The notes: generated from the letters alone by a model not told the origin. A DNA stretch of 24,000 nucleotides from Candidatus Azosocius agrarius (GCA_016432505.1 CP066692.1:308632-332631); one strand, 5' to 3'; positions 1 through 10,418 are shown, counted from the first letter of the stretch. Numbers and translations: made by a program.

Positions 1-528
1 ATTAAAATAAAATAAATTAGGCTTAAAACATATTAATGTTCCTCTATTATAAGTTTTAGAAATTTTTAATAATTCTGAAAAATTGTAACCATATTTATAA
101 TCCTGTCTATAAATATATCCATTTTTATATATACAAACATACATATATTCCGATAAAGCATTTACAACAGAAACACCAACTCCATGAAGCCCACTAGAAA
201 TTTTGTATACATTATTATCAAATTTTGCACCAGAATGCAAAGTCGTCATAATAACTTCAACAGCAGTTTTTTCTTCAAAAATATGAAACTCTACAGGAAT
301 TCCTCTTCCATTATCTTTTATCGTAACACTATTATTGGAATTTATGACTATATCAATAACATTACAATGCCCAACCAAGGCTTCATCCATAGAATTGTCT
401 ACAATTTCAAATATTAATCTATGAAGCCCAGTATTGTCTCCTGTATTTCCTATATACATTCCTGGTCTTTTTTTTACACCTTCAAGTCCTTTTAAAACTT
501 TAATATTAGAAGAATTATAAACAGTCAT
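1..528 (-). CDS. gyrB: DNA gyrase subunit B, N-terminal part (runs off window start)
   Basis: Reverse-strand translation from ATG at 528: MTVYNSSNIKVLKGLEGVKKRPGMYIGNTGDNTGLHRLIFEIVDNSMDEALVGHCN...DNGRGIP...EVIMTTLHSGAKFDNNVYKISSGLHGVGVSVVNALSEY; GHKL ATPase motifs of GyrB (KRPGMYIG, DNGRGIP, GLHGVGVSVVNALS). Confidence 0.95.
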   Translation of the reverse strand, partial: MTVYNSSNIKVLKGLEGVKKRPGMYIGNTGDNTGLHRLIFEIVDNSMDEALVGHCNVIDIVINSNNSVTIKDNGRGIPVEFHIFEEKTAVEVIMTTLHSGAKFDNNVYKISSGLHGVGVSVVNALSEYMYVCIYKNGYIYRQDYKYGYNFSELLKISKTYNRGTLICFKPNLFYFN

Positions 529-571
529 ACTAGCCTTACTCTTAACTATAAAAAAAACATACAATATTATA

Positions 572-1738
572 TTACAATTTTATTGGCATTAAAACATAAA
601 TATTATCATTAGTATTTCTAAGATTTTCTATTTTAAAAGTATCCATAAGCTCATGATTCAAGTTATAATCACAAGGTTCAATAAAAACAGCACTTTTAAA
701 ATCTGAAATTATTATTAACACAAATTCAGATAAAATTGCATTAAAAATATCTATAATATATTTGGCATTAAATGCAATAGTAATATTCTTTCCATTATAA
801 AAAAAATTTTCCATTTTATCTTCAGCAAATTCTTTAATATTTGTATAGGATGATAAACTAAGAATTTTATTTACTAAACTCATTTTAACAACACAATCTA
901 TCCTCTTTTCTAAAATACTTACTCTTAAAAAAATATTTAAAATATCTTTTTTATTACAAATTAAATAATCGCCAATGATATTAGATATTATAGTATCATA
1001 TGCAGGATATTTGCCAATCAAAAGACAAGTTTTTACAATAATATTTTTTGTAATAAATTTAATAAAATTTCCACAAATAATAATTTTAATAATTTCATAT
1101 TTCTGAAAAATATTTATTACATCGCTGAAATTTTTTCCCGAAATTATAATTTGCTTTATAAAATTAGAATTATCTAATAAATTTAATTTATACATTGATA
1201 ATCTATGCCCATCAGATGTTACTGCGTATAAAATATTTCCTTTTATATCAAAAAGAACTCCATTCAAATATACACGAACATCGTTTTCTGAAATAGAAAA
1301 AAAAATTTTTTTATATATTAATTGAAGTTGAATACTAGATATCATAAAAAACATACTATTATTATTATTTTCTAAATGAATATTAGAAATAAATATTTCC
1401 GAAGATAAACAAATTTTAAATTTCAAATATTTAACATTTATTAATAATTCTTCATTTATTTTTTTTAATTCTATAAATTCATTATTTGGTATAACTTTAA
1501 TTATGCTAATTAACTTTTTTAAAGATACACTTAAAATTCCATCTTCATAAACATTACTTAAAAAAAATGTATATATAATTTCTAAAGATTTATTTACAGA
1601 AAAAATCATAAGTTTCTTTGCACATACTTGAAATAACACACAATGATCATTTGATTTATCCCCAATAGATCTGTCAATAGCGCATGACATTATTTTTAAA
1701 ATATAATCTAAATTTTCTTTATCAATAATAAATCTCAT
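572..1738 (-). CDS. dnaN: DNA polymerase III beta sliding clamp
   Basis: 388-aa ORF between gyrB and dnaA; DnaN-like N terminus (MRFIIDKENLDYILKIMSCAIDR) and the terminal YVLMPIKL, corresponding to the YVVMPMRL C terminus of DnaN. Confidence 0.9.
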   Translation of the reverse strand: MRFIIDKENLDYILKIMSCAIDRSIGDKSNDHCVLFQVCAKKLMIFSVNKSLEIIYTFFLSNVYEDGILSVSLKKLISIIKVIPNNEFIELKKINEELLINVKYLKFKICLSSEIFISNIHLENNNNSMFFMISSIQLQLIYKKIFFSISENDVRVYLNGVLFDIKGNILYAVTSDGHRLSMYKLNLLDNSNFIKQIIISGKNFSDVINIFQKYEIIKIIICGNFIKFITKNIIVKTCLLIGKYPAYDTIISNIIGDYLICNKKDILNIFLRVSILEKRIDCVVKMSLVNKILSLSSYTNIKEFAEDKMENFFYNGKNITIAFNAKYIIDIFNAILSEFVLIIISDFKSAVFIEPCDYNLNHELMDTFKIENLRNTNDNIYVLMPIKL

Positions 1739-1748
1739 ATTTATCTCA

Positions 1749-3014
1749 CTAAAAAAACATTTTTTTTAAATAAATATAATCAATTAACAATTTTTCATTA
1801 ATTTTGATTAAATTTTCTATCTTTTTACAAATTTTAATATTAACATTATTTGTTATTTTAAAAAAACAATTTATATCATATATATTTTCATTTGAAAAAC
1901 GGTTACATAAATAAATTACCATATACTTTTGAAGTATTAAATTTTTAGATTTTTTTTTAGAAATAATATCAAAATACATAATTCCATAATATTGAGCAAC
2001 ACTTTTAAGAACATGTAATATAGAATATTTTTTATTTTTTTTTAAATAAAATGTATTTATTATATATTTAACCAAATTTTTAGTAATAATTTTATTAATC
2101 AAAAAAGCATAAGATAATATTTTTTTAAATATTCCAAATAATAAATTAATATTATTTGTAACATTAACAATTAATAACAAAATATCATATGAAAAATGTA
2201 TATTATAAAATAAAGCTTTATTATTTAAAATTTTAATTTTTATATTAAAATTTGGATCTTTTAATTCCAAAAAAATACCTAAAAATATTTTGTTAATGAA
2301 ATTCGTACTAAAATTTTTAATATCATAATTTTTACAAAGAGAAAAAATTATTTTTTTTTTATTTATTAATAAAAAATCTATTATAAAAACAAGTTCTTGT
2401 TGAGATTTTAATGCTTTATTTAAATAATGAATATCATCTATTATTAAAAAATCTACAAATTTATAAATTTTTCTAAATTGTTTCAAATTATTTTTATTTA
2501 AAAATAAAATTAAATTATAAATAAAATTTTTAGCATTTATAAAAATGACATTTTTATAATTAATAAAAACATAATTATAAATTGCGCTCAATAAATGTGT
2601 TTTTCCAGACCCAAAATTTCCATAAATAATCAAAAATAGTGTAAAAAAATTATAATTTTTTATAAAATTAATTATTATATTTTTTATTAATACATTACTT
2701 TCATCAACAAAAAAATTAAAAAAAGTATAATTTATCTTATAAGATCTTGTATAATTTAAATTTTTATTGCTCAAATATAAATTATTTTTATTAATTAAAA
2801 TAAATATATTATATTTAAAAAAAATTATGGTAAATTCATTAATTAAAAAAAAAATTTTATCTATAATAATATTTAACACATATTTATTTTTAACAATAAT
2901 ATATATATCATTGTTGCATAATTGAACTTGTATATCATAAAATATATTATTTATATTTAAATTTTTATAAATATATTTAATATATAAAATACATTTTTTC
3001 CAATAAGTATACAT
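1749..3014 (-). CDS. dnaA: Chromosomal replication initiator protein DnaA, highly derived (start trimmed from 3095 to the internal ATG at 3014)
   Basis: Walker A YGNFGSGKTHLLSAIYN, Walker B FLIIDDIHYL, domain I-like start MYTYWKKCILYIKYIYKNLNINNIFYDIQVQL...NNDIYIIVKNKYVLNIIIDK, C-terminal SKKKSKNLILQKYMVIYLCNRFSN alignable with DnaA domain IV; synteny with dnaN/rpmH. The 27 residues before M28 have no DnaA-like content. Confidence 0.88.
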   Translation of the reverse strand: MYTYWKKCILYIKYIYKNLNINNIFYDIQVQLCNNDIYIIVKNKYVLNIIIDKIFFLINEFTIIFFKYNIFILINKNNLYLSNKNLNYTRSYKINYTFFNFFVDESNVLIKNIIINFIKNYNFFTLFLIIYGNFGSGKTHLLSAIYNYVFINYKNVIFINAKNFIYNLILFLNKNNLKQFRKIYKFVDFLIIDDIHYLNKALKSQQELVFIIDFLLINKKKIIFSLCKNYDIKNFSTNFINKIFLGIFLELKDPNFNIKIKILNNKALFYNIHFSYDILLLIVNVTNNINLLFGIFKKILSYAFLINKIITKNLVKYIINTFYLKKNKKYSILHVLKSVAQYYGIMYFDIISKKKSKNLILQKYMVIYLCNRFSNENIYDINCFFKITNNVNIKICKKIENLIKINEKLLIDYIYLKKMFF

Positions 3015-3178
3015 ATATTTAATGATAAAATTAATTTTTTTTAAATAGAATAACAACATTATAAATAACAATATTTTAACTATATAATTAAACATAAAAA
3101 AAAGCTAATTAATAAATATAATTTATTATTAAATATAAGTTAATTACTAGTTTATACAATTATTGTCATAATATAAAA

Positions 3179-3211
3179 AAATGTAATTTTTATATATAAT
3201 AAATTACATTT
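3179..3211. repeat. Inverted repeat with 11-bp perfect arms (AAATGTAATTT / AAATTACATTT, 11-nt spacer) in the dnaA-rpmH divergent gap; possible origin/regulatory element
   Basis: Direct reading of 3179-3189 and 3201-3211; the spacer TTATATATAAT is itself nearly self-complementary. Confidence 0.5.
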
Positions 3212-3224
3212 AATATTTGTTGAT

Positions 3225-3253
3225 TTGACTTCACTTATGCTTTTTTTTATTAT
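3225..3253 (+). promoter_or_regulatory. Candidate sigma70-type promoter for rpmH and downstream genes
   Basis: TTGACT (3225-3230), 17-bp spacer, TATTAT (3248-3253), followed by GGAG (3272-3275) and the rpmH ATG at 3285. Confidence 0.5.
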
Positions 3254-3284
3254 CTTCTTTTCAGCTTTTTCTGGAGAACTTCTG

Positions 3285-3419
3285 ATGTCTTTGACTTTTA
3301 ATCCTAAAGTTCGTCGCTTGCTTCGCACGGCTGGGTTCCGCGCACGTATGCGCACTGCAAATGGCCGCGCTGTATTAGCACGACGTCGCGCTAAGCATCG
3401 TTTTCGTTTAGCTCGTTAA
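3285..3419 (+). CDS. rpmH: 50S ribosomal protein L34
   Basis: Translation from ATG 3285: [44 protein letters not shown], with the L34 hallmark [18 protein letters not shown]; the tracked ORF (3225) is over-extended by 20 residues. Confidence 0.96.
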   Translation: MSLTFNPKVRRLLRTAGFRARMRTANGRAVLARRRAKHRFRLAR

Positions 3420-3429
3420 TATTTTACTT

Positions 3430-3753
3430 GTGCTCATTCCTCACCGTTGTTCACGTATTTTTTTTCGTCCAATTATTTTTGGTAAGTCTTTTTTTTCTTT
3501 TTCTTTTTTTTCTTTGCTTTTTTGTTCATCATTAACAATTAACATTTTTTTTTTATTACCAAAAACTTTATCTATTTTTTCTTTTGAACGTTCTTTATTT
3601 AGAAAAACTTTTTATTCATTTTTTTTTCTATATAATTTTTATGGATTTTCTTTATCTATGTCTTGTAATTCATATATAAATATAATTTTTTTACACAAAA
3701 AAATTTTACTTTTTTATATTTGGAAAATTTTTTATGAAAAATTTATTTATTAA
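3430..3753 (+). CDS. rnpA: Ribonuclease P protein component, extremely divergent/degenerate
   Basis: Position between rpmH and yidD; weak pattern match SRIFFRPIIFGKSFFSFSFF (F..VF..P...G..FF) and PKTLSIFSFERSLFRKTF against GKAV.RNRIKRLIRESF. Start codon uncertain (GTG at 3430). Confidence 0.55.
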   Translation: MLIPHRCSRIFFRPIIFGKSFFSFSFFSLLFCSSLTINIFFLLPKTLSIFSFERSLFRKTFYSFFFLYNFYGFSLSMSCNSYINIIFLHKKILLFYIWKIFYEKFIY

Positions 3754-3943
3754 TTTTATAAATTTTTATAAAATTTATATAAATCCTTATTTATTACATA
3801 AATGTCGTTTTTATCCATCTTGTTCTTCTTATATTTTATTATCAATAAAAAAACTTCCTATTATTAAAGGACTTTATTTTTCTGTTAAACGAATTATTTT
3901 ATGTAATTGTTTTTCTTCAGGTGGATATGATCCTATTCCATAA
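3734..3943 (+). CDS. yidD: Membrane protein insertion efficiency factor YidD
   Basis: 69 aa: FYKIYINPYLLHKCRFYPSCSSYILLSIKK...GLYFSVKRIILCNCFSSGGYDPIP; YidD signature CRF.PSCS.Y and C...GGYDP(I/V)P; overlaps the rnpA 3' end by 20 nt. Confidence 0.95.
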   Translation: MKNLFINFINFYKIYINPYLLHKCRFYPSCSSYILLSIKKLPIIKGLYFSVKRIILCNCFSSGGYDPIP

Positions 3944-3975
3944 TATTTTTTTATTGTATACTTGATTTTTTTTTT

Positions 3976-5640
3976 ATGGAATTTATTATGTTTATTCAAA
4001 ATATACGTTTTATTTTACTAGGTCTATTATTTGGTATATTGTTTTTATTATTTAATTATTGGCAATCTGATCATATTGATCAACCTTTAAATATTAATAA
4101 TGAAAATAATGTTAATATGTCATTTGATAATAATTATATCTCATCATTAAATATTGATAAAAATGATTTAATAGATTCATATCATACAAAAAGTATGCAA
4201 AGAGATATTAATGATATAAATATTATATCAGTAAAAACTGATTTATACAATATTAAAATTGATACTTATGGTGGTGATATTATTTTTTTAGAACTTATAA
4301 AATATCCAATTTCAGGATTTAAGAATACATCAGGGTTTATATTATTTGATACTTCAGATTTACGATATTATGTAGCTCAATGTGGGTTATTAAGTGAATA
4401 TGGCCCAGATTCTATTAAATTTGGTAAAATTAAATTTAGTTGTGAAAAAAATTTTTTTGAAATGACAGAAGAAAAATTATATATCAACTTAACATATGAA
4501 ACAGTAGATAATATAAAATTTATAAAAAGATTTTGTTTTAAACGTGATAATTATTTAATAGATGTTGAATATATTGTGCATAATGAAAGTAGTAATTGTT
4601 ATTATGGGTACATGTATGGTAGATTAAAACAAACAGAAAGAATTTTTCACGATAATTTTTTAATGATGTCTGCCAGATCTTATATTGGTGGAGCCGTATA
4701 TACTCCAAATAAACATTATAAAAAAATAAGTTTTTCTGATATGAAATCTAGTAAAAATTTTGAGCAACAAATATTTGGTGGGTGGATTGCTATGGTAGAA
4801 CATTATTTTTTAGGAGCTTGGATTCCATCACAAAATGCTGAACATATTTATTGTTCAGAAAAATATGATGAAAATACTTATGGTTTAAGATTTATTGACG
4901 TTAACCCTTTAATTGTAGAACCTGGGCATATTAATAGTATTAAATCTAGTTTATTTGCTGGCCCTGAAATTGTAGAGTCTTTAAAAAATATTTCTGATGG
5001 GTTGAGCCTAACAGTTGATTATGGTATATTATGGCCGATTGCTCAACCTATATTTTGGTTATTAAAAACGTCTTATACTTTTTCAAAAAATTGGGGATTT
5101 GCAATAATAATAACAACTTTATTTATAAAAATTTTATTTTATCAATTATCTGCTTCTAGTTATAAATCTATAGGAAAAATGAGACATTTACAACCTAGAA
5201 TAAATTTACTAAAGGAAAGTTGCGGTGAAGATAAAACTAAATTTGGAAAAGCTGTTATGGACTTATATAAACAAGAAAATGTTAATCCCTTAGGCGGATG
5301 TTTACCAATAATTGTACAAATACCAGTTTTTATATCTTTATATTATGTTTTATTAGAGAGTATTGAATTAAGACAAGCATCATTTATTTTTTGGATTAAA
5401 GATTTATCATTAAATGATCCTTATTATGTTTTACCTGTTATTATGGGAATTAGTATGTTTGTTCAACAAAAATTAAGCCCTGCTCCTCTTGATCCTATGC
5501 AAGCAAAAATGATGATGATTATGCCATTAATTTTTTCTTTTTTATGTTTTCAATTTCCATCAGGACTAGTTTTATATTGGGTGGTTAATAATTTATTATC
5601 AATTATACAACAAATATTTATTGTAAGAAAATATAGTTAA
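3976..5640 (+). CDS. yidC: Membrane protein insertase YidC/Oxa1 family, Gram-negative type with large periplasmic domain (start may be ATG 3988)
   Basis: 554 aa; C-terminal YidC domain: YGILWPIAQPIFWLLKTSYTFSKNWGFAIIITTLFIKILFYQLSASSYKSIGKMRHLQPRINLLKE...GGCLPIIVQIPVFISLYYVLLESIELRQASFIFWIKDLS. Confidence 0.97.
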   Translation: MEFIMFIQNIRFILLGLLFGILFLLFNYWQSDHIDQPLNINNENNVNMSFDNNYISSLNIDKNDLIDSYHTKSMQRDINDINIISVKTDLYNIKIDTYGGDIIFLELIKYPISGFKNTSGFILFDTSDLRYYVAQCGLLSEYGPDSIKFGKIKFSCEKNFFEMTEEKLYINLTYETVDNIKFIKRFCFKRDNYLIDVEYIVHNESSNCYYGYMYGRLKQTERIFHDNFLMMSARSYIGGAVYTPNKHYKKISFSDMKSSKNFEQQIFGGWIAMVEHYFLGAWIPSQNAEHIYCSEKYDENTYGLRFIDVNPLIVEPGHINSIKSSLFAGPEIVESLKNISDGLSLTVDYGILWPIAQPIFWLLKTSYTFSKNWGFAIIITTLFIKILFYQLSASSYKSIGKMRHLQPRINLLKESCGEDKTKFGKAVMDLYKQENVNPLGGCLPIIVQIPVFISLYYVLLESIELRQASFIFWIKDLSLNDPYYVLPVIMGISMFVQQKLSPAPLDPMQAKMMMIMPLIFSFLCFQFPSGLVLYWVVNNLLSIIQQIFIVRKYS

Positions 5641-5655
5641 TATATTATAATATTT

Positions 5656-7023
5656 ATGAAATTATTAACTGATACAATAGTCTCCTTATCTACACCGTAT
5701 GGACAGGGTGGTATAAGCATAATTAAAATTTCTGGAAAAAAAGTTTTTTTTTTGATGGATAAAATTTTACAACAAAAAATTTATTCTCGAATTGTTGATT
5801 ATTGTTATTTCTATGATTTAAATGGCGATGTTGTTGATAAAGGTATAGTTATATTTTTTAAAGCGCCGAATTCATTTACTGGAGAAGATGTTTTAGAATT
5901 TCATTGTCATGGTGGAATTGTTATTGTTAATGTATTGCTAAAAATAGTTTTATCTTTAGGAATTAGATTAGCTTCTCCAGGGGAATTTACGCTTAGAGCT
6001 TTTTTGAAAAATAAACTTGATTTAATTCAAGCTGAAGCTATTTCACAATTAATTTTTTCCAAAACAGAAGCATCATTAGAAGCGGCATTAAAATCTTTAA
6101 ATGGTTTATTTTCTGGACATATAAGATTATTGTTAAATGATGTATCAATGTTACGTATTTATGTTGAAACAAGTATAGATTTTTCTGAAAATAATATAAA
6201 TTTATTAAAAAAAGAAGAATTTATTTATGATATATCGCGATTATTGAAAAATTTTGATATTATTATTAAAAATTCTCAAGATACTAAAAATATATCTTAT
6301 GGTGTAAATATTGTAATTTTTGGAAATGCTAATTCTGGAAAATCAACTTTAATGAATTTATTATCTAAAGAAGAAGTGTCTATTGTTGATAAATTTCCTG
6401 GAACAACAAGAGATATTATAAAATCTTTTATTATAATAGGTGGTATAAAATTTAATTTAATTGATACAGCTGGCATTAGAATGACGAATAATTTTGTTGA
6501 AATTGAAGGTATTAAAAGATCCATTAACATTGCAATTAAATCCGATTTATTATTATTGGTAATAGATTTTTCTAAACATGATAAATTAGATATTAATGTT
6601 ATTTATGATGATTTATTTTATTTCATTAATTTCAACAAAATTAATTATATAATTTTATTGAACAAATGTGATCTGTTAAATAAAAATTTATATAACAATT
6701 TTAAATATTATAATAATTTTATATTTTTTTCCGCTAAAACTGGATATGGGTTAAATAAATTAAAAAAATTAATTTTAAAAAAATTTAATTATATAAATAA
6801 TGATAATGCTATCTTTTTTGTTAATAATAGACATTTGAATAATATTAATATCTCAAAAAATCATATTAAAAATTGTATTAATTATTTAAAATATGATTAT
6901 ATGTATGATATTTTAAGTGAAGAATTACGTTTGGCTCAAGAAAATTTGATGGAAATTATAGGTGAAGGAGTAGAAGAAAGTTTTTTAGATATAATATTTT
7001 CTAAATTTTGTATAGGAAAATAA
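5656..7023 (+). CDS. mnmE: tRNA uridine-5-carboxymethylaminomethyl modification GTPase
   Basis: 455 aa; N-terminal DTIVSLSTPYGQGGISIIKISG, G domain GNANSGKSTLMNLL, DKFPGTTRD, DTAGIR, terminal FCIGK. Confidence 0.97.
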   Translation: MKLLTDTIVSLSTPYGQGGISIIKISGKKVFFLMDKILQQKIYSRIVDYCYFYDLNGDVVDKGIVIFFKAPNSFTGEDVLEFHCHGGIVIVNVLLKIVLSLGIRLASPGEFTLRAFLKNKLDLIQAEAISQLIFSKTEASLEAALKSLNGLFSGHIRLLLNDVSMLRIYVETSIDFSENNINLLKKEEFIYDISRLLKNFDIIIKNSQDTKNISYGVNIVIFGNANSGKSTLMNLLSKEEVSIVDKFPGTTRDIIKSFIIIGGIKFNLIDTAGIRMTNNFVEIEGIKRSINIAIKSDLLLLVIDFSKHDKLDINVIYDDLFYFINFNKINYIILLNKCDLLNKNLYNNFKYYNNFIFFSAKTGYGLNKLKKLILKKFNYINNDNAIFFVNNRHLNNINISKNHIKNCINYLKYDYMYDILSEELRLAQENLMEIIGEGVEESFLDIIFSKFCIGK

Positions 7024-7026
7024 TTT

Positions 7027-8913
7027 ATGTTTATGGAGAATATATATGATGTTATTGTTGTTGGAGGTGGGCATGCTGGGGTTGAAGCAGCACACGCTTC
7101 TGCTAAAATGGGAGCTAAAACTTTATTAATAACTTATAATTTTGATACTATAGGACAAATGTCTTGTAATCCATCAATAGGTGGAATTGGAAAGGGTCAT
7201 TTAGTTAAAGAAATAGATGCTCTTGGTGGTGTAATGGGTATTGCTGCTGATATTTCAGGAATACAATTTAAGAAGTTAAATTTAAGTAAAGGAGCCGCTG
7301 TTCAATCCACAAGAGTGCAAGTTGATCGTGATATATATAAGCGTTCTGTTATTAATTTTTTAAAAAAATTGAATAATTTATTTATAATTCAGGCATTGGT
7401 TGAAGATGTAATTTTAAAAGATAATGTTGTTATTGGTGTATTAACTGATGATTCATATATATTTAAAGCAAAAGCTGTTATTTTAGCAAATGGCACATTT
7501 TTAAATAGTAAAATGTATATTGGTAATAGAAGTTATTTTGGTGGAAGAATTGGAGATCATAATAGTACTAAATTAGCAAAAAGATTGGAAAATTTATTTT
7601 TTAAAATTGGTAGATTAAAAACAGGGACGCCTCCTAGATTGAAAAAATCTAGTATAAATTTTTCTTTATTAAAAAAACAAAATGGAGATATTCCTATTCC
7701 ATATTTTTCCTTTTGGAATTCAAAAAATTTATTTTTAGAGCAAATTTCTTGTTTTTTAACATATACAAATAATATAACTCATAGTATTATTCTTGATAAT
7801 ATTTCTCTATCATCAGTATATTCTGGATTTGTTTGTAATGTTGGGCCAAGATATTGTCCTTCAATAGAAGATAAAATAATTAGATTCCCTGATAAATTAC
7901 AGCATAATATTTTTTTGGAACCTGAAGGTTTAAATAATGATATAATTTATCCTAATGGATTATCAACAAGTTTACCATTAAATGTTCAATTAAAATTTTT
8001 GAAAACAATTAAGGGCCTAGAAAATGTTGAAATTATTCAACCAGGATATGTTGTTGAGTATGATTATTTAGATTCTAGATGTTTAAAACATACATTAGAA
8101 ACAAAAACAATAAAAAATTTATTTTTGGTTGGACAAATTAATGGTACAACCGGGTATGAAGAAGCTGCAGCACAAGGTATTGTTGCTGGAATAAATGCGT
8201 ATTGTTTAGCATATTATAAAGAACCATTTATTTTATCTCGCGAAGAAGCATATATAGGTGTATTAATTGATGATTTAATAACTAAAGGTGTTACGGAACC
8301 ATATAGGATGTTTACTAGTAGAGTAGAATATAGACTAAGTTTAAGAGAAGATAATGCAGATTTTAGATTAGCTCATAAAGGATACAATTTAGGTTTATTA
8401 TGTAAAGATCAATTTGATTTGTATGAAAAAAAACAGAATATTTTGTATGAAGAAGAACAAAAATGTAAAAATATTATTGTAAAACCTGGATCTTTAGAGG
8501 CTGTGAATTTATTAAGAAAAAAAAATATTAATATTATTAATGTTATTTCTGTTTATGATTTATTAATGAGACCTGCTATTTTTTATAAAGATTTGTATTT
8601 TATAATTAGTGGATTAAGTAAATTTATTGTAGATAATTTAGATATGTGTGCTAAATTGGAAAATAAAATTAAATATAGTGGTTATATTGATAAGCATATA
8701 TCTAATATAAAAAAAATAAAAAGTTACGATCAGGTATTAATTCCTCTTGATATTAATTATTTCAATATTTCCGGATTATCTTCTGAAATGATAGAAAAAT
8801 TTATTGATGAAAAACCTGTTAGTATTGGATATGCCAAAAAAATTCCTGGTGTAACACCTGTTGCTATATCATTATTATATGTATATATTAAAAAAGTTTA
8901 TAATTTGTTTTAA
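7027..8913 (+). CDS. mnmG: tRNA uridine-5-carboxymethylaminomethyl modification FAD enzyme
   Basis: 628 aa; [29 protein letters not shown]...[55 protein letters not shown]. Confidence 0.98.
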   Translation: MFMENIYDVIVVGGGHAGVEAAHASAKMGAKTLLITYNFDTIGQMSCNPSIGGIGKGHLVKEIDALGGVMGIAADISGIQFKKLNLSKGAAVQSTRVQVDRDIYKRSVINFLKKLNNLFIIQALVEDVILKDNVVIGVLTDDSYIFKAKAVILANGTFLNSKMYIGNRSYFGGRIGDHNSTKLAKRLENLFFKIGRLKTGTPPRLKKSSINFSLLKKQNGDIPIPYFSFWNSKNLFLEQISCFLTYTNNITHSIILDNISLSSVYSGFVCNVGPRYCPSIEDKIIRFPDKLQHNIFLEPEGLNNDIIYPNGLSTSLPLNVQLKFLKTIKGLENVEIIQPGYVVEYDYLDSRCLKHTLETKTIKNLFLVGQINGTTGYEEAAAQGIVAGINAYCLAYYKEPFILSREEAYIGVLIDDLITKGVTEPYRMFTSRVEYRLSLREDNADFRLAHKGYNLGLLCKDQFDLYEKKQNILYEEEQKCKNIIVKPGSLEAVNLLRKKNINIINVISVYDLLMRPAIFYKDLYFIISGLSKFIVDNLDMCAKLENKIKYSGYIDKHISNIKKIKSYDQVLIPLDINYFNISGLSSEMIEKFIDEKPVSIGYAKKIPGVTPVAISLLYVYIKKVYNLF

Positions 8914-9219
8914 ATGAATTTAATGGTGGTATTAATGTCTTTTATACATTTATTGTCTATTTTTTTAGGAGTTCTTTCTGGGATAATTCCTAATTGGTTT
9001 TATATGTTACTTTATAATAAATATGTAAAATCTTATAAACATTCAGCAAAAAAAATTTTATTATTTTTATATTTTTTTGAATTATTAAAAATTGCAATAT
9101 TTGTTACTTTATTTATTTTTATATTTAAATATGTTACAATCATTAAACTGTTATATTTTATTTCATTTTGTTTTATTCAAATTATATATTTTTTTTATAT
9201 AGGAAAAAAATGTATTTAA
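8914..9219 (+). CDS. atpI: ATP synthase subunit I (AtpI-like)
   Basis: 101-aa multi-pass membrane protein immediately upstream of atpB; GVLSGIIPNWFYMLLYNKY...FLYFFELLKIAIFVTLFIFIFKY resembles AtpI (G...G.IPN, F..E..K...T..LF). Confidence 0.75.
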   Translation: MNLMVVLMSFIHLLSIFLGVLSGIIPNWFYMLLYNKYVKSYKHSAKKILLFLYFFELLKIAIFVTLFIFIFKYVTIIKLLYFISFCFIQIIYFFYIGKKCI

Positions 9220-9225
9220 AATTAA

Positions 9226-10029
<804 letters not shown>

Positions 10030-10063
10030 AAATTTAATTATTTTAATGTCATTTATTTTATAA

Positions 10064-10399
<336 letters not shown>

Positions 10400-10418
10400 T
10401 TTTTTTGAGGAGTTATAG

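Noticed and set aside
184-417. 77-aa plus-strand ORF
   Set aside because: Lies entirely antisense to the conserved gyrB N terminus; no recognisable domain.
3015-3095. 27-residue hydrophobic N-terminal extension of DnaA suggesting membrane anchoring
   Set aside because: Domain I similarity (YWKKCI..., matching LWQQCL...) starts right after the internal ATG at 3014; the extension is likely just open AT-rich upstream sequence, though N-terminal data would be needed to exclude it.
3152-3355. 67-aa minus-strand ORF, initially interesting because it is Arg/Lys-rich and covers the dnaA/rpmH gap
   Set aside because: Its basic N terminus is the antisense readout of the GC-rich rpmH codons; the rest reads through the promoter and dyad region.
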